Source: Alloascoidea hylecoeti (Eukaryota). From it: a stretch of 64,000 nucleotides of DNA. The stretch covers positions 558,001 to 622,000 of the forward strand of contig BCKZ01000008.1 of assembly GCA_001600815.1 (NCBI GenBank), written 5' to 3'. The number at the start of each line of letters is the position of its first letter. Position 1 is the stretch's first letter. Under the pieces are notes generated by a model. The model saw nothing but the letters and a program-made list of their open reading frames with translations. It did not search any database and was not told the DNA's origin. Position numbers and translations under genes: made by a program. Positions 25,913-37,659 of this stretch are shown one piece after another.

Positions 25913-27220
25913 ATGGAGAGTAATAAGAAAAAAGGTGGTCTTGTGCTGAATATCACTAGTCCTCCAAGGGGGACGGCTATCACCCCCCATAGCAGACCAA
26001 GACAAAGTTCTCATACTGCAAGCATTTCTTCCACTCTTTCATGGGACTCCCCCGATATGCCGGTTCTAACGCCTTCTTCAACTTCGTCAACAACTGCTTC
26101 TCCAGCAGCCGTAGACCCAATTAGAAGGTTGGCTGTAAAGGAAATGCAAATTTTGAACATTAAACAGCAGATTTCTCAACTGAATTCACAATTAAAAATA
26201 GAAGAGGCGGAAATGAAGGTGTTGCAGAAGCAGGTTGAAAAGTGTTTAACGAACAATTTCACCCAATCTCACACTCCTTCAAAGTCTACACATAACCTCT
26301 CAATGTCATTATCAGGTACTTCAACCAAATTGGGAACTCCTACTAGTTCTTCTTTATCTAGGTCCAATTCTCGTCCAGATCTTAGTATTGATACACAGTT
26401 CAATGCAGAGAACATGAACAGCAATACACATAAAAATGGGAATGGAAATGGGAATGGTGCCTTTTGGGAAGCCGCATTGCAAACACCCCTTAAGATCATA
26501 TCTGACCTTGATACCATTATATCCCAGGAAATACAAAAACATGCTCAGGCCCCTCCAAGAGTACACATAGCTCGGGAACACAGACCTTCCAGAAGCGCAT
26601 CAACTAGTAGTGGTAGTAATATTGATATTGATTTGTTAGTAACTCCAGAATCTGTGCCACATTTATCAACATCTGTTTCGTCCACTTCTTCAGGCTCAAC
26701 AGAGAGTCTAACGGATAATATAGATCAGTTAGTACAGATCGACACATCACAACGTTTCAAACCAAAGACCAACAAATCTAAAAGTAAGTTGGGCAGAAGT
26801 AAGAGCATGGGAGCTCACACTATAAAAGGAGATACTTTTGGCTTAGTACCGAGAACAAATACATCAGTAAAAACCAACAGCACGAAGGAAATGAATGCAA
26901 ACTCAGTTATCAATGAGTTCAAAGAACAATTATGGAATATATACTCCGATTTAAAGAGTATAGCGAATGGTGAGGAATTTTCAGTTTCAAATTCAAGCAA
27001 TTCTTCTAATAATTCCAGGCCAAATAGACGAATCGATAGCAATGGACGCTCAACTGGTAACGAGCGTTCTACTCTAAGGAACAGACATCCACATGCTGCA
27101 GTTCACAGGGATGCAAGTGTTAGTACCATTTCCAGTACTAATGATTCCCATAACTCACATTCTTCCACAGAAAGAAATCGATGTTTCGATAATGATGCTG
27201 AGCCATTAATTTTTTTCTAG
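25913..27220 (+). CDS. Tda11-like Ser-rich coiled-coil protein
   Basis: 435-aa ORF with IRRLAVKEMQILNIKQQI coiled coil; adjacent to KEL1 as TDA11 is in S. cerevisiae (recalled). Confidence 0.55.
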   Translation: MESNKKKGGLVLNITSPPRGTAITPHSRPRQSSHTASISSTLSWDSPDMPVLTPSSTSSTTASPAAVDPIRRLAVKEMQILNIKQQISQLNSQLKIEEAEMKVLQKQVEKCLTNNFTQSHTPSKSTHNLSMSLSGTSTKLGTPTSSSLSRSNSRPDLSIDTQFNAENMNSNTHKNGNGNGNGAFWEAALQTPLKIISDLDTIISQEIQKHAQAPPRVHIAREHRPSRSASTSSGSNIDIDLLVTPESVPHLSTSVSSTSSGSTESLTDNIDQLVQIDTSQRFKPKTNKSKSKLGRSKSMGAHTIKGDTFGLVPRTNTSVKTNSTKEMNANSVINEFKEQLWNIYSDLKSIANGEEFSVSNSSNSSNNSRPNRRIDSNGRSTGNERSTLRNRHPHAAVHRDASVSTISSTNDSHNSHSSTERNRCFDNDAEPLIFF

Positions 27221-27719
27221 TGTTCTCCAATAAAAGCCTTGTATTTGCATGCATTTATCCAAGTGTTGTTTCAACATGCATATTCATTTGTTATCTATTA
27301 TAGCATTCTCCTTCAAATTCAACATCTCAAGATTTTATAAAATTACATCACCATTACCATCATCAAACGATTTGTTCCATTCTATATTCTCATATTTATT
27401 AAGCAGCAATTTCTTATATTATTTGTACTTGGGTGATTCTCAATATAAATGGGATTGGTCCTCATAAGCTTATATTTAAACCCCAAACTTTCTGTATTAC
27501 ATCATCAGTGCTGTTATTCAAACAAATATATATAAAAATTTATATTATATGTTCCTCCCTTCAATTTACATTCGTTTCTCGCGATAACGGTCATATTTAT
27601 CTTTCATTACTTCTGGTTTCGGGGGAACATAAGGTTTGCCTTTTTTAGTATCGTTATATGTTTTTTTTTATTGATTTGTGTACGTCTTTCTAATTATATA
27701 GTTTTCATTGATTTCTAAA

Positions 27720-28260
27720 ATTATTCCACTCTAAATTCGCCATGTTGGAGGGATACTTTTGTCACTGTATTTTCGGCATATAGGAGATATTTTTTGCAAT
27801 GTGACAAATGTTTCGTCATTTGGCTCTAACATACTTCGCAGTATGATTGACTTTCATTTCGTTCTTACATTCAATAACTTATGATTATAGATTCGCTATT
27901 CTGTGGAGTAATATCTCGTTACATTGCTTGCGGTATATTTCGTCTTTGTTTTGAAATACATATTTCATCATCAAATTCGACATATCTGTGGAACTGTTTT
28001 AACCTCTTCTAGAATAAAATCCTCGTATATGGGGACACATATTTCGTTACGCTGTTTCGTTCGATGTATGTCGTCGTTTGGTTGGCATTAAATTCAGACG
28101 TTTCATTTTTGATTATTACGTCACACATTTCGCTTTTTCGTTTTTATTTCGTCATTTCGAAAACTGTTAATTAGCCACTTCCTAAAGTAAACTTCGTCAT
28201 TCCATGCTTTCCTCAACCGTATTCAAAGGGGAAGCTTTTATTTGATTTACTGCCATTTCA
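27720..28260 (-). pseudogene. Decayed A-rich ORF, possibly a Mutator-like transposase fragment
   Basis: Minus strand reads LPL*IRLRKAWNDEVYF... and, after a frameshift, ...VSPYTRILF; strand-biased CGAAA repeats; only weak resemblance to the fungal MULE 'LP.KE.FV.AW' segment. Confidence 0.25.
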
Positions 28261-28319
28261 GTAAGAGTGTGAAACCTATCGTTTGAGGAGGTGTTACATC
28301 ATGATCAGAGGAATTATCG

Positions 28320-28730
28320 TCAACCGCACGGTTGAAGGATTAATATTAAACATTCGAATTCTGCCTATTTCAGTTTTTGAAAAGCCATGTTCAAATTTAC
28401 TCGGATTACATATAGTTGGTTGCAATTTCTTTTTAAAAACAAAAAATATAACTCACGAACAAATAGAATGGAATATATGAAGGTCTAGAAATGGGAATGA
28501 ATAGTGACAATTGAGGGGGTTTTGTGTCCTGGCCAACTTTTGGCTTCCAATATCAACATTAATTAGAATATTAAAGACCGGCTAAAAACCCTTCTGAAAC
28601 AACATGTATATGGAACCTCTTATCTGATTGAGAAGAACCCAAGGAACAGAATTATGTGATCTAAAGATAATATCCTAGGAATTTAGAGGTGCTGTTGTAT
28701 TTAGTGATGAGTGTTCGGTCGTTACAGGAT
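28320..28730. mobile_element. Scrambled Tc1/mariner-like transposase relics
   Basis: Minus-strand HTH-like SKTEIGRIRMFNINPSTVR (28380-28325); plus-strand WPTF..SNININ*NIKDRLK (from 28530, cf. WP..SPDLNPIEN.W..LK) and VVFSDECSV (28694-28720). Confidence 0.4.
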
Positions 28731-29494
28731 CGGAATCCAAAAAAGGATAGTTTCGACGAAAGTCAGGTTAGGCCAGGCCAGATCTTAGAGCCTTAAAACG
28801 TTTATTTATAGATCTAATTTATATCATACAATGAATTCTAGTTTGGTAAGACTAATGGTATGGACTGTATTTTGGAAAGGGGATCGTGTTTCACTGTACC
28901 ATAAATAAGACTGCTTGTGAATTCTAATATAACCTTATAGCAGAAAGAAAGGAGTGATCGCACGTTCCTAGGGTTAAGGGCGCCAACACTAGATACTAAA
29001 TTTACAATGTCATTTTATACACTAATATGATATCTAGTATCTACCGAGCATTATGTACCATTTTAAGAACAGTTTAAGGTCTTGTAGAATATTCAGTGGC
29101 TGATTATAAAATTGCCACCTTCAACTTGTTTCAGGCAGTATAAAGGAGAAAGTTTATGTTGTCCTAGTCAAATATTTCATTTCCAGAAAGTTGATTTCTT
29201 AAAACTATTTGAAAAATAAATGTGGAAGCCAGGAATTGACCCCAAAGACATACTTACGATAAGTTATATTACTTACTAATTTCAAAAATACAGGTATAAC
29301 TTATAAGGTTATCACTACGCAATCCTGAGATTCTAAAGAGGTACAGTGACGGGAAAAAACAGCTAAACCGTCAGCTGCATATGGAGGGCTCACTAAAGAG
29401 ATTAATAAATTTGTTTGCCGATTTTGAAGAAGAATTACGAGTTACTGAGAACTTTGAGAAGGCTACTAATCTGTTGCGTATGTGCCAAAGCCAT

Positions 29495-29783
29495 GCAACT
29501 AGAGCTAAGAAAAAACATTAGATTTCCCGCACCCCGCCACAAATATTAAACGACATTGATTGGGGGATTCTAATATCTAAAAACTTGAAAAAGTAAAAAA
29601 AATTACTTTTAAGGTGGTCTAGGTAAAGAAACATAAAAAGAGAAGAAAGATGCATGTCAAGAATATACAAATAAGAATAGATAAAGAGGTCTTTATTTCA
29701 CTATACATAGTAGAGATTTCCTCAGAATTTACATAGTTTCTAGTTATATAATTTGATTGGAAAATTTATGAAAAGTTAAAAAA
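29495..29783 (+). mobile_element. Short internally deleted copy of the L1-type retrotransposon at 55459-58102
   Basis: 29495-29630 aligns by eye to the reverse complement of about 56340-56196, and about 29660-29783 to the reverse complement of about 55535-55459; both end in TTATGAAA(A)GTT(T)AAAAAA. Confidence 0.8.
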
Positions 29784-31088
29784 TTGTGAAACTTTTTTTA
29801 AAAAATCTACCAAATTCTCCCATGGTTCACCCAAGTTTGGAATCTTTTATATTGGTAATAAATAGAGTTAGATTTTAAAAAGTGTTTAGTTGTTGGTGTT
29901 TCTTATGCTGCATACCTGCTTGTGGTTGGTACGTGTAACCAAGATCAAGCCAGTTTAACTTTGCCTTAATTAAGAATTTGTCCTTTTCCTGAATTCTATA
30001 AACTAATTGGATATCTATCTAAAGGCATTTCTTGAAGGATACAAGGTTAAGGCTTACCAGCCACAGTAGGACACCCGTCAATTAAGATAATTGATTATCG
30101 CGATCTCCCAAATAAAACCTAATTAATCTAGGAAGCCACGACATCACGACACCACGATAACTATATTGTGGAATCTTTTATTTGTAATTGGGTATTAGTT
30201 CCCCGATCATAAATTTCAGCCGATCTTTTAATTTTCAGAAATTTCAAATATACTTAAATTATAAAAGTTATGAGAACTATTAACTACCGGTATGCTAATT
30301 AAACTCTTACACATGTACCCAATTACCCATGAACTCATCCTTATATTGTAAACTCTAACTACGTTATTACTCATCTTACCTCTTATTATTCTATTCACCC
30401 TCATCATCCTAAGCCTTCTATATTCTGTTATTTTAAACCTTCACAATGAATATTTCTCACATTAAACTTTCTACAACAATTTCGCATTGTAATATCAATC
30501 TTATATGCTCCGCAATTGAGTTTCGAGACCTCTAGAACTTAATTCTTTTTATAGCTTATCTGTTCATGCATGTGTATTAATACTTAAGCTTATATTAGTT
30601 ATATTAATGGATACCAGCTACCAAGTAAGTCTGAGTGGAAAATAATTTTTAAGATGGAACATCTATTTTTCTAATTGATCTAAAAGTCATGAATGTCTCT
30701 ACAGATATAAAAATATTTGTTATACATGTAATTATAAATTTACTTTTATCGATACTGATATGCATGGCTGCATATTAGGTTAACCCTAAGAAAATAATCG
30801 AGGATATTTAGTTTCAAGTTTAAAGTGTTCTAAAACTCTGACCCCGAAGTGATCTATATATAAGTAAGTGTCAGATAGATACTGAAGGTAACAATACTGG
30901 GATCGATCTTAAATAAATAGAAACAACATGTCGTAAATAGTAAAAGTCATTAAGGTAGGGTAATTCTGTTAGCCAGCCGACTAAAATAATTTAAACCCCA
31001 GATATCTTTTTATCACTATTTTTCTCTCCTCCTCCTCCTCCATTTCTCGTATGAATTTTCTATTTAAATACAGTAGATAACATACAGA

Positions 31089-34000
31089 ATGTTTGCAAAA
31101 TATAGAAAACACAAAAAAGTTAGAGGCCAAAGGTCCCGGACACCTCCTGCATTGAATTCTTTAGATTCCCCTTCTTCCGCACAGGAAAAACCCCGAGAAG
31201 AAGTGTCTATTTGGACACGCCAACCTATTTTAAATTCACCTTTTCCGCGGTATAGGCATGTGGCTGCTCATTCACTGGCCCCAAATGATAGTCTATTTAT
31301 TATGGGTGGTCTACATTCTGGCTCTGTTTACGGGGATACATGGTCTATCAGCTTAACTAGAGGAATCCCTCCTATTACTGCTCAATTGGTGGAGAGTTTT
31401 GAGAGTATTCCAGCTCCTCGTGTCGGCCATAGCTGCGTTATGCTGGGTAATGCTTTCATTGTTTTTGGAGGTGATACTGTGAAGTCCTCCCCTACAGGAG
31501 ACTTAGATAATGACTTGTACTTATTGAATACAAATACATATAAGTGGACTATCCCTCAGCCAATTGGACCAAGACCAACAGGAAGATATGGTCATACAAT
31601 GTGTGTTATCTCAGCTACTCTCTTAGAACCTAAGTTATATGTTTATGGTGGTCAGTTAGATGAAACTATATTTGATGATTTGTGCGCTTTTAATTTATCA
31701 ACTTTCAGAAGTCCCGACAGTCACTGGGAGGTTGTTGAAACTTCGAACTCTGTTAAACCCCCGCCACGAACAAATCATATAATGGTTACATGGAATAATA
31801 GACTAATTGCTATCGGTGGCTTCAACGGAAAAGTTTTACTTAATGATGTTTGGAGTTATGATCCTGTTAGGAATGTGTGGTCCGAAATCAAAACCTGGGG
31901 GAACAAACCTCAACCAACTGAAGAGGCGGCAGCGGTTGTTATTGAGGATAAATTGTTTATGTATGGAGGTAAACTAGCTACCGGTGTTAAAACTAGCCAG
32001 TTGAGTTGCTTGGATTTGACTTCAGGAGGTTGGTACAGTGATCTATACCCTCCTGCTATGAATTACACTGGACCAGGACCCAGATGCGGTCATACCATGA
32101 CTGCTACAGAGGATGGTCGTATCATAATACTCGGAGGTGATTTCATCGATCCACAAAATGTTCCGACTGCGGATAGCTTTGGAGTGGGTAGTGATATGTT
32201 CATATTAGATACAAAATCTCTTCATTTCCACCACAGACAAAGTGAGAGATCCTTTGACTCACAACTTAGAGAGTCTTCGATTCGTTCAAATTCAATCAGG
32301 GATACATCATCATCAACCTCTACCTTGAAAGGAGATCGTGCTTCGTCTAGAGAGGTGTCAATACAAGAACAACGATCTGGTACACCCCAACCTCAACTTC
32401 CAACAGTATCTGAATCCACGGTAGATATAAGTCCTAGTGTAGTTTCAGACGCAGTCGAGGATGCTAGTGATGAAGCAAGTAGTGATGAAGAACCAATAAC
32501 ACCGGCCAGGCCAAACATGCTGGATGAAACCAATCGTGCTAGTACGGGTACCACAGCAACTTCTGTTTCTACTGTTTCGAGATCAGTTTCTACAAATCCA
32601 GATTCAATTTCACCTGTTTCTTCTGAAGAGTCTGTAGCTGAAAAACATTCATTAAGAGAGGAAACATTGACGCCCCTATCAAATGGCTCTAGCCATAATA
32701 ATAATGACTCTAATGTTGGCGATGAAGGAGGAGATAGTACCATGGCGCGATCATTAATCTCCAATATAGATTCAGCTATTAATAATGAGATTGATAACAA
32801 TAAAAACAATGCTAATACTGTTCCTGATATATTTAGCTATAATGGCCTTGAACCAGCCGTGGAGATATCATCGCCTGCAACTAGGGGAATTCAATCTTCA
32901 GAAAATTTCCAGCCCCAATCACAACCTCAATCCGATTTACAATTTCTAGATGATATTCAAGAAAGCTATCATGATGATAAATCACATAAGTTATATCAAG
33001 CATTATCAAGCTTAAAGCAACAATTAGATTCTTTACGGACGTCTTCGCAATCCCAAGCATTAGCAGCATCACAGTTATTACAACAAAATGAGCTTGAAAA
33101 TAAAGATCTAAAGTCGAAAGTTAGTGTTCTTGACGCAATATTACGTAAAAAGGCGGACCAGGAAGAAAATTTCAAGAAACAGTTAGATGAGATTAAGGAT
33201 AACAAGGAAAAGGTTGATCAGGAGTTAACTGATGCTAATAACGAGCTAGTTTCTGTTAGGAGTCAATTGGAAACAGAAAAAGCTGCTAATTCAGAAAAAG
33301 ACAGTACCATTGAGCAGCTGCAAGCCCATCTAGAGGAAAATTCTAAGCTTTTGGATGATTCAAAAGAAGAGAATGATTATTTAAGAGTTCAACTAGATTC
33401 TCAACATGAACAATTGGTTGAATTCGATACCTTAAAGTCTGAGGTCGAGACTTTGAGAGAGAAATTAGAAAGTAAAGATAGAGATCTAAATGATTTTGAA
33501 ATTTCAAAAAGTGAAATTGCAGATTTTAAACAAGAATTAGAAGAGAAGAATTTGATGCTCAATGAGTTTGAAGTTGCTAAAACTGAACTAGACGCCTTAA
33601 AGGAACAACTAGCCGAGTTTGAAGATACTAAAGCAGAGATTGAATCCTTAAAAGCAGAAGCAGCAGAACGAGCGGAGAAATTAGAAGAGAATCAAAAAGT
33701 AATAGACGATTTACAAAATGATATTCAGATTTTGAATTCTAAAGTTAGAGAAAATGACACTTTAATGAGCGATTACCAAAATTCGCTCAACAACATTACC
33801 GAGTTAGAAGATAAATTGGATACGACAACGAAAGAGCTTGAAAATGTAAAAGAAACTGCTGCTAAAACCATTCAAACGAAGGAAGTTGATGATGATAATT
33901 ATAAAAAGGCCAAATCTGCGGCTGCTAATCTTGAAGCTAAGGTTTCTGATCTGATTAGAAGGTTAGAAACTAGCACATTAGAGAGAATAGCAATGTCCGC

Positions 34001-35105
34001 TAAGCTTAACCAATTGAGAGCTGAAAATAAAGATTTTAAGGTAAAAGTGCGTAACTTAGAGCCTTTGGTGGATGAAAACATAAATGGTTTGGTAGAAATG
34101 TCTAATGCGCTAAAAACAGCTACAGCTCGTTCACAAAGTTTGGAACAACGGCTATCGGAACAGAATTCAGTTACAGTCAAGCTAGAAGAGACTATTCAAA
34201 ATCTTGAGAATGAATTAGAACAACATCGTAGTATTAATAAAGAGGATAGTGAGCAATGGAGGACTGATAGAGACTTAATGCAAAAGGTAAAAGAATCAGC
34301 AGAGAAGGCGGTGGGTTCCCTGTCGACTATAAAAGGAATATGGACTATAAAACAGGAGTCAGGGTCTTCAGAGGGTGTCTCTCGCGGATTGTCAGAAGAA
34401 GGGGGAGATGAGGTGGATAATGAGTCTTCTTTGCAAGAACAAGTTGATCAATTATTAGAATTAACAGCAAGGCAACGTGAGAATTATGGAACTATGCAAA
34501 ATCAATTAAATGATGCTCTTGGAAGCTTACAAACTGTAAGAGCATCCAACAATAATTTAATTCAAGAATTACAATTGAAAGATAAAACTATATCTGATGT
34601 CAAAGAACACTTAGATGATATGATGTTAATTAAAGACCAGCGTGATGCTTTAGAAGCAAATTACAGAGAAGCCATTAAATCTGTAAGAAATACCTCGAAA
34701 GCCTTATCAATGACAAGAGATGAATTACAAAGGTATAAGGAACAAAATGCCTCTATTATGGGAGAACTTGAGAAGCTACGGTTATTGAAGGCATCTATCA
34801 TGAGTAGACATGGAAAGCATGAAAGGCGATCGATTGATATTGATGGAGAAGGAGATGAAAATGCTGGAAATGAAACTGAAACTGATAGTGAAGATATTAA
34901 TATTTCAGAACATTATAACCTAAGACTACGTGATCTTCAAGCCCAGTTAATCATAGCACAGGAAGAGAATGAAGAATTGACAATGGTAGTCAGTACCCTG
35001 AAGAGAAAATTGCTACATTTACAAGATCGGTTTGGTATTGTTAATGGTAATGGAAGCCTAGCCAACACACCAATATTAACTCAAAACCCTGTGTTTGAAA
35101 ATTGA
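31089..35105 (+). CDS. KEL1: Kelch-repeat cell-polarity protein Kel1/Tea1
   Basis: N-terminal kelch repeats (SPFPRYRH, PRVGHS, GRYGHT, PPPRTNH) and a long C-terminal coiled coil. Confidence 0.88.
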   Translation: MFAKYRKHKKVRGQRSRTPPALNSLDSPSSAQEKPREEVSIWTRQPILNSPFPRYRHVAAHSLAPNDSLFIMGGLHSGSVYGDTWSISLTRGIPPITAQLVESFESIPAPRVGHSCVMLGNAFIVFGGDTVKSSPTGDLDNDLYLLNTNTYKWTIPQPIGPRPTGRYGHTMCVISATLLEPKLYVYGGQLDETIFDDLCAFNLSTFRSPDSHWEVVETSNSVKPPPRTNHIMVTWNNRLIAIGGFNGKVLLNDVWSYDPVRNVWSEIKTWGNKPQPTEEAAAVVIEDKLFMYGGKLATGVKTSQLSCLDLTSGGWYSDLYPPAMNYTGPGPRCGHTMTATEDGRIIILGGDFIDPQNVPTADSFGVGSDMFILDTKSLHFHHRQSERSFDSQLRESSIRSNSIRDTSSSTSTLKGDRASSREVSIQEQRSGTPQPQLPTVSESTVDISPSVVSDAVEDASDEASSDEEPITPARPNMLDETNRASTGTTATSVSTVSRSVSTNPDSISPVSSEESVAEKHSLREETLTPLSNGSSHNNNDSNVGDEGGDSTMARSLISNIDSAINNEIDNNKNNANTVPDIFSYNGLEPAVEISSPATRGIQSSENFQPQSQPQSDLQFLDDIQESYHDDKSHKLYQALSSLKQQLDSLRTSSQSQALAASQLLQQNELENKDLKSKVSVLDAILRKKADQEENFKKQLDEIKDNKEKVDQELTDANNELVSVRSQLETEKAANSEKDSTIEQLQAHLEENSKLLDDSKEENDYLRVQLDSQHEQLVEFDTLKSEVETLREKLESKDRDLNDFEISKSEIADFKQELEEKNLMLNEFEVAKTELDALKEQLAEFEDTKAEIESLKAEAAERAEKLEENQKVIDDLQNDIQILNSKVRENDTLMSDYQNSLNNITELEDKLDTTTKELENVKETAAKTIQTKEVDDDNYKKAKSAAANLEAKVSDLIRRLETSTLERIAMSAKLNQLRAENKDFKVKVRNLEPLVDENINGLVEMSNALKTATARSQSLEQRLSEQNSVTVKLEETIQNLENELEQHRSINKEDSEQWRTDRDLMQKVKESAEKAVGSLSTIKGIWTIKQESGSSEGVSRGLSEEGGDEVDNESSLQEQVDQLLELTARQRENYGTMQNQLNDALGSLQTVRASNNNLIQELQLKDKTISDVKEHLDDMMLIKDQRDALEANYREAIKSVRNTSKALSMTRDELQRYKEQNASIMGELEKLRLLKASIMSRHGKHERRSIDIDGEGDENAGNETETDSEDINISEHYNLRLRDLQAQLIIAQEENEELTMVVSTLKRKLLHLQDRFGIVNGNGSLANTPILTQNPVFEN

Positions 35106-35603
35106 TTTGATATAACTAACCTATAAATTGCTTTTTATCTATTTCTTTTTTGTTAAAATTACTTGTTGATAGTCAGATGGTTTTATTTGATATTATACTG
35201 GAATTTGGTAGTTTCAACTAAAGGTGTTTTGCTATTAAATGTACCAGTTATAGTTATATATTTCTTTTTATGCAGATTTCAATTTGTTTTTACAGTTTGT
35301 ATTCCTTTATTAGTTTTGAATTCATTGCATTACTATTATGTTTTTCGTTTGGTTTATGTTGCACAGTTTTTAGTTAAATTTACCATACCTTATACATAAG
35401 ATTTACCAATAATTATTGAATAATAACTCACTATTATTAAGCCTAATGTCATAATACTAGTAAAAGTAGCGAACACTATTTTTAAAGATATACTACATGT
35501 ACAAGGTTTATTAGGTTATTGTAAATATTTCGTCTATATCTAAATCTAAATCTAAATCATATGAAATCACTTTAAACAACAATATAAGAACTTATATTCT
35601 AAT

Positions 35604-37298
35604 TTAAATATTTTTCCTTTTTAGATATTCCTTATAACCTATTGTCTCTAATTTCTCAGCTTTTTCCAATACCTCCACTTTCATATTTTCTTGATATTCA
35701 ACAAGTTCTTGTTGTACCTCTGGTATCAAAAGACTCAGTATTTTAACCGCAATAAGTGCAGCATTTGTACTGTTATTGATCGCGACGGTAGCCACAGGGA
35801 CACCTCTTGGCATTTGAACAATTGAAAGCAAAGAGTCTAAGCCTTCAAGATTTGATCCTCTTACAGGGACACCAATAACAGGTAGTGTCGTCTGGGCTGC
35901 TACCATACCAGGTAAATGGGCAGCACCACCAGCACCTGCTATAATTGTTTTAAGGCCTCTTGAAACTGCACTATTGGTATATTCAGTCATTCGTTCTACT
36001 GTACGATGTGCTGATACAATTGTGATTTCAAATGGAATATTGAACTTCTCCAATATCTCAGCACCAGCTGCCATTACAGGTAAATCTGAATCTGATCCCA
36101 TAATTATTCCAACTAATGGTTTTTCTTGATCACCGTTAATTATTTTAGACTCATTTGTAGTTCCGGTAATATAGTTTAATTTTTTTTCTAATTCTGAATC
36201 ATCTGAACCAATAATATTAATATGTCCCATTTTTCTTCCATTTCTTGTTGACTTACCATACAGGTAAACAGAAGCACCAGGAGTCTCTAAAGCTCTGTGA
36301 CAAATCTTCACTTCTTCATTTGGTTTAGCATCACCTAAAACGTTTAGCATAATGGCATGCGTAGAGGGGGTTGATAAATTTGTAAATCCTTTTGGTAATG
36401 GTAAATCCAATATAGCCCTAATATGTGCTTCAAATTGAGAAGTGACATTGGCATCAATAGTATAATGACCAGAATTATGGGGACGAGGAGCAATTTCATT
36501 AACTAATAATTCACCATCTGGCAATAAAAACATTTCTACACCGAAAATACCTGCACCAGTAAAACTTTTAATTGCCTTTTCAGCCATAATCTTTGCTTTT
36601 GATAAAATTAATTCTGAAACGGGAGCAGGAGCATATACTAGATGACAAACATTATTTTTATGAATTGTTTCAACAGTTGGATAAGCGAATACTTCACCAT
36701 CCTTTGATCTAAGAACCATAACAGCCAATTCTTTCACAAATGGAGCCCATTTTTCGGCATATAGTGGTCGATCACCAAGAAATTTTAAAGCCTCTGCAGC
36801 ATCGTTGGGGGAGTGCACAACGAAATTACCTCTACCATCATAAGCTAAAGTTCTAGCTTTTAACATATAAGGATATCCAAACTTTTCGCCAACCTGTTGT
36901 AAAGACTTGACATTTGATTCAACGGCTTCGGAAACAGCAGTAGAAATACCATACTTAGTTAAATGACTTTTTTGTAAATATTTGTCTTGAATCGTTTTAA
37001 TTGTGAAAGCGGAAGGATGAACTTCTACATGTGGATGAGTTACAGCCAATTGAGCTAAAGCATCAGCATCAACATGTTCAATTTCGATGGTTAGAACATC
37101 ACATTTATCGGCTAAAGCTGAAATTAATTTAGAGTCGTTAAAAGCACCATCGATGTGAGAATTTGTAGCATTGATCTGTTTTGCGGGGGCATTTGGAGCA
37201 TCTAAAATGACGGTGTTGATATTTAATCGTTGAGCTGCCTCAACAAGCATTCTGCCCAATTGGCCACCACCTAAAATACCGACTTTTCTTGAGTCCAT
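35604..37298 (-). CDS. ADE2: Phosphoribosylaminoimidazole carboxylase
   Basis: [50 protein letters not shown]. Confidence 0.99.
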   Translation of the reverse strand: MDSRKVGILGGGQLGRMLVEAAQRLNINTVILDAPNAPAKQINATNSHIDGAFNDSKLISALADKCDVLTIEIEHVDADALAQLAVTHPHVEVHPSAFTIKTIQDKYLQKSHLTKYGISTAVSEAVESNVKSLQQVGEKFGYPYMLKARTLAYDGRGNFVVHSPNDAAEALKFLGDRPLYAEKWAPFVKELAVMVLRSKDGEVFAYPTVETIHKNNVCHLVYAPAPVSELILSKAKIMAEKAIKSFTGAGIFGVEMFLLPDGELLVNEIAPRPHNSGHYTIDANVTSQFEAHIRAILDLPLPKGFTNLSTPSTHAIMLNVLGDAKPNEEVKICHRALETPGASVYLYGKSTRNGRKMGHINIIGSDDSELEKKLNYITGTTNESKIINGDQEKPLVGIIMGSDSDLPVMAAGAEILEKFNIPFEITIVSAHRTVERMTEYTNSAVSRGLKTIIAGAGGAAHLPGMVAAQTTLPVIGVPVRGSNLEGLDSLLSIVQMPRGVPVATVAINNSTNAALIAVKILSLLIPEVQQELVEYQENMKVEVLEKAEKLETIGYKEYLKRKNI

Positions 37299-37343
37299 TG
37301 TATATTTGATACTCCAGCAGTTTTTGATTTGAAGATTTCAAAT

Positions 37344-37352
37344 ATGACTCAT
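37344..37352. promoter_or_regulatory. Perfect Gcn4 site ATGACTCAT (contains Bas1-type TGACTC) upstream of ADE2
   Basis: Motif about 45 bp upstream of the ADE2 ATG; ADE genes are known Gcn4/Bas1 targets. Confidence 0.6.
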
Positions 37353-37659
37353 GATTTGGTTTACCCTTCATCTGCGTAATCATGGGGCCAGATAAAGGTA
37401 TATCAACCATCCAAAACATGGAACAACTTTGTTAAAATTTAAAAGAATTAGTTCAAATGAAATCAAGTAAGATAAAATCATTTAAACCCAAATAAAATTT
37501 ATCAACATGAACTCAATTGAGGATAAAATCCATTGAAATATCCGCTAAAATAGAATGTTGTTGATAACATGCTTAATTATAAGTTTAAGATCTTATAATT
37601 ATGTGCAGTATAACATTGTAAGACCTTCTTTTTCCTCATCATCATTCCTCATCATCACC

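Noticed and set aside
29221..29370. Ty1/copia integrase-like GITYKVITTQS*DSK segment
   Set aside because: Too short and degenerate; no LTR, PBS or other pol motif found
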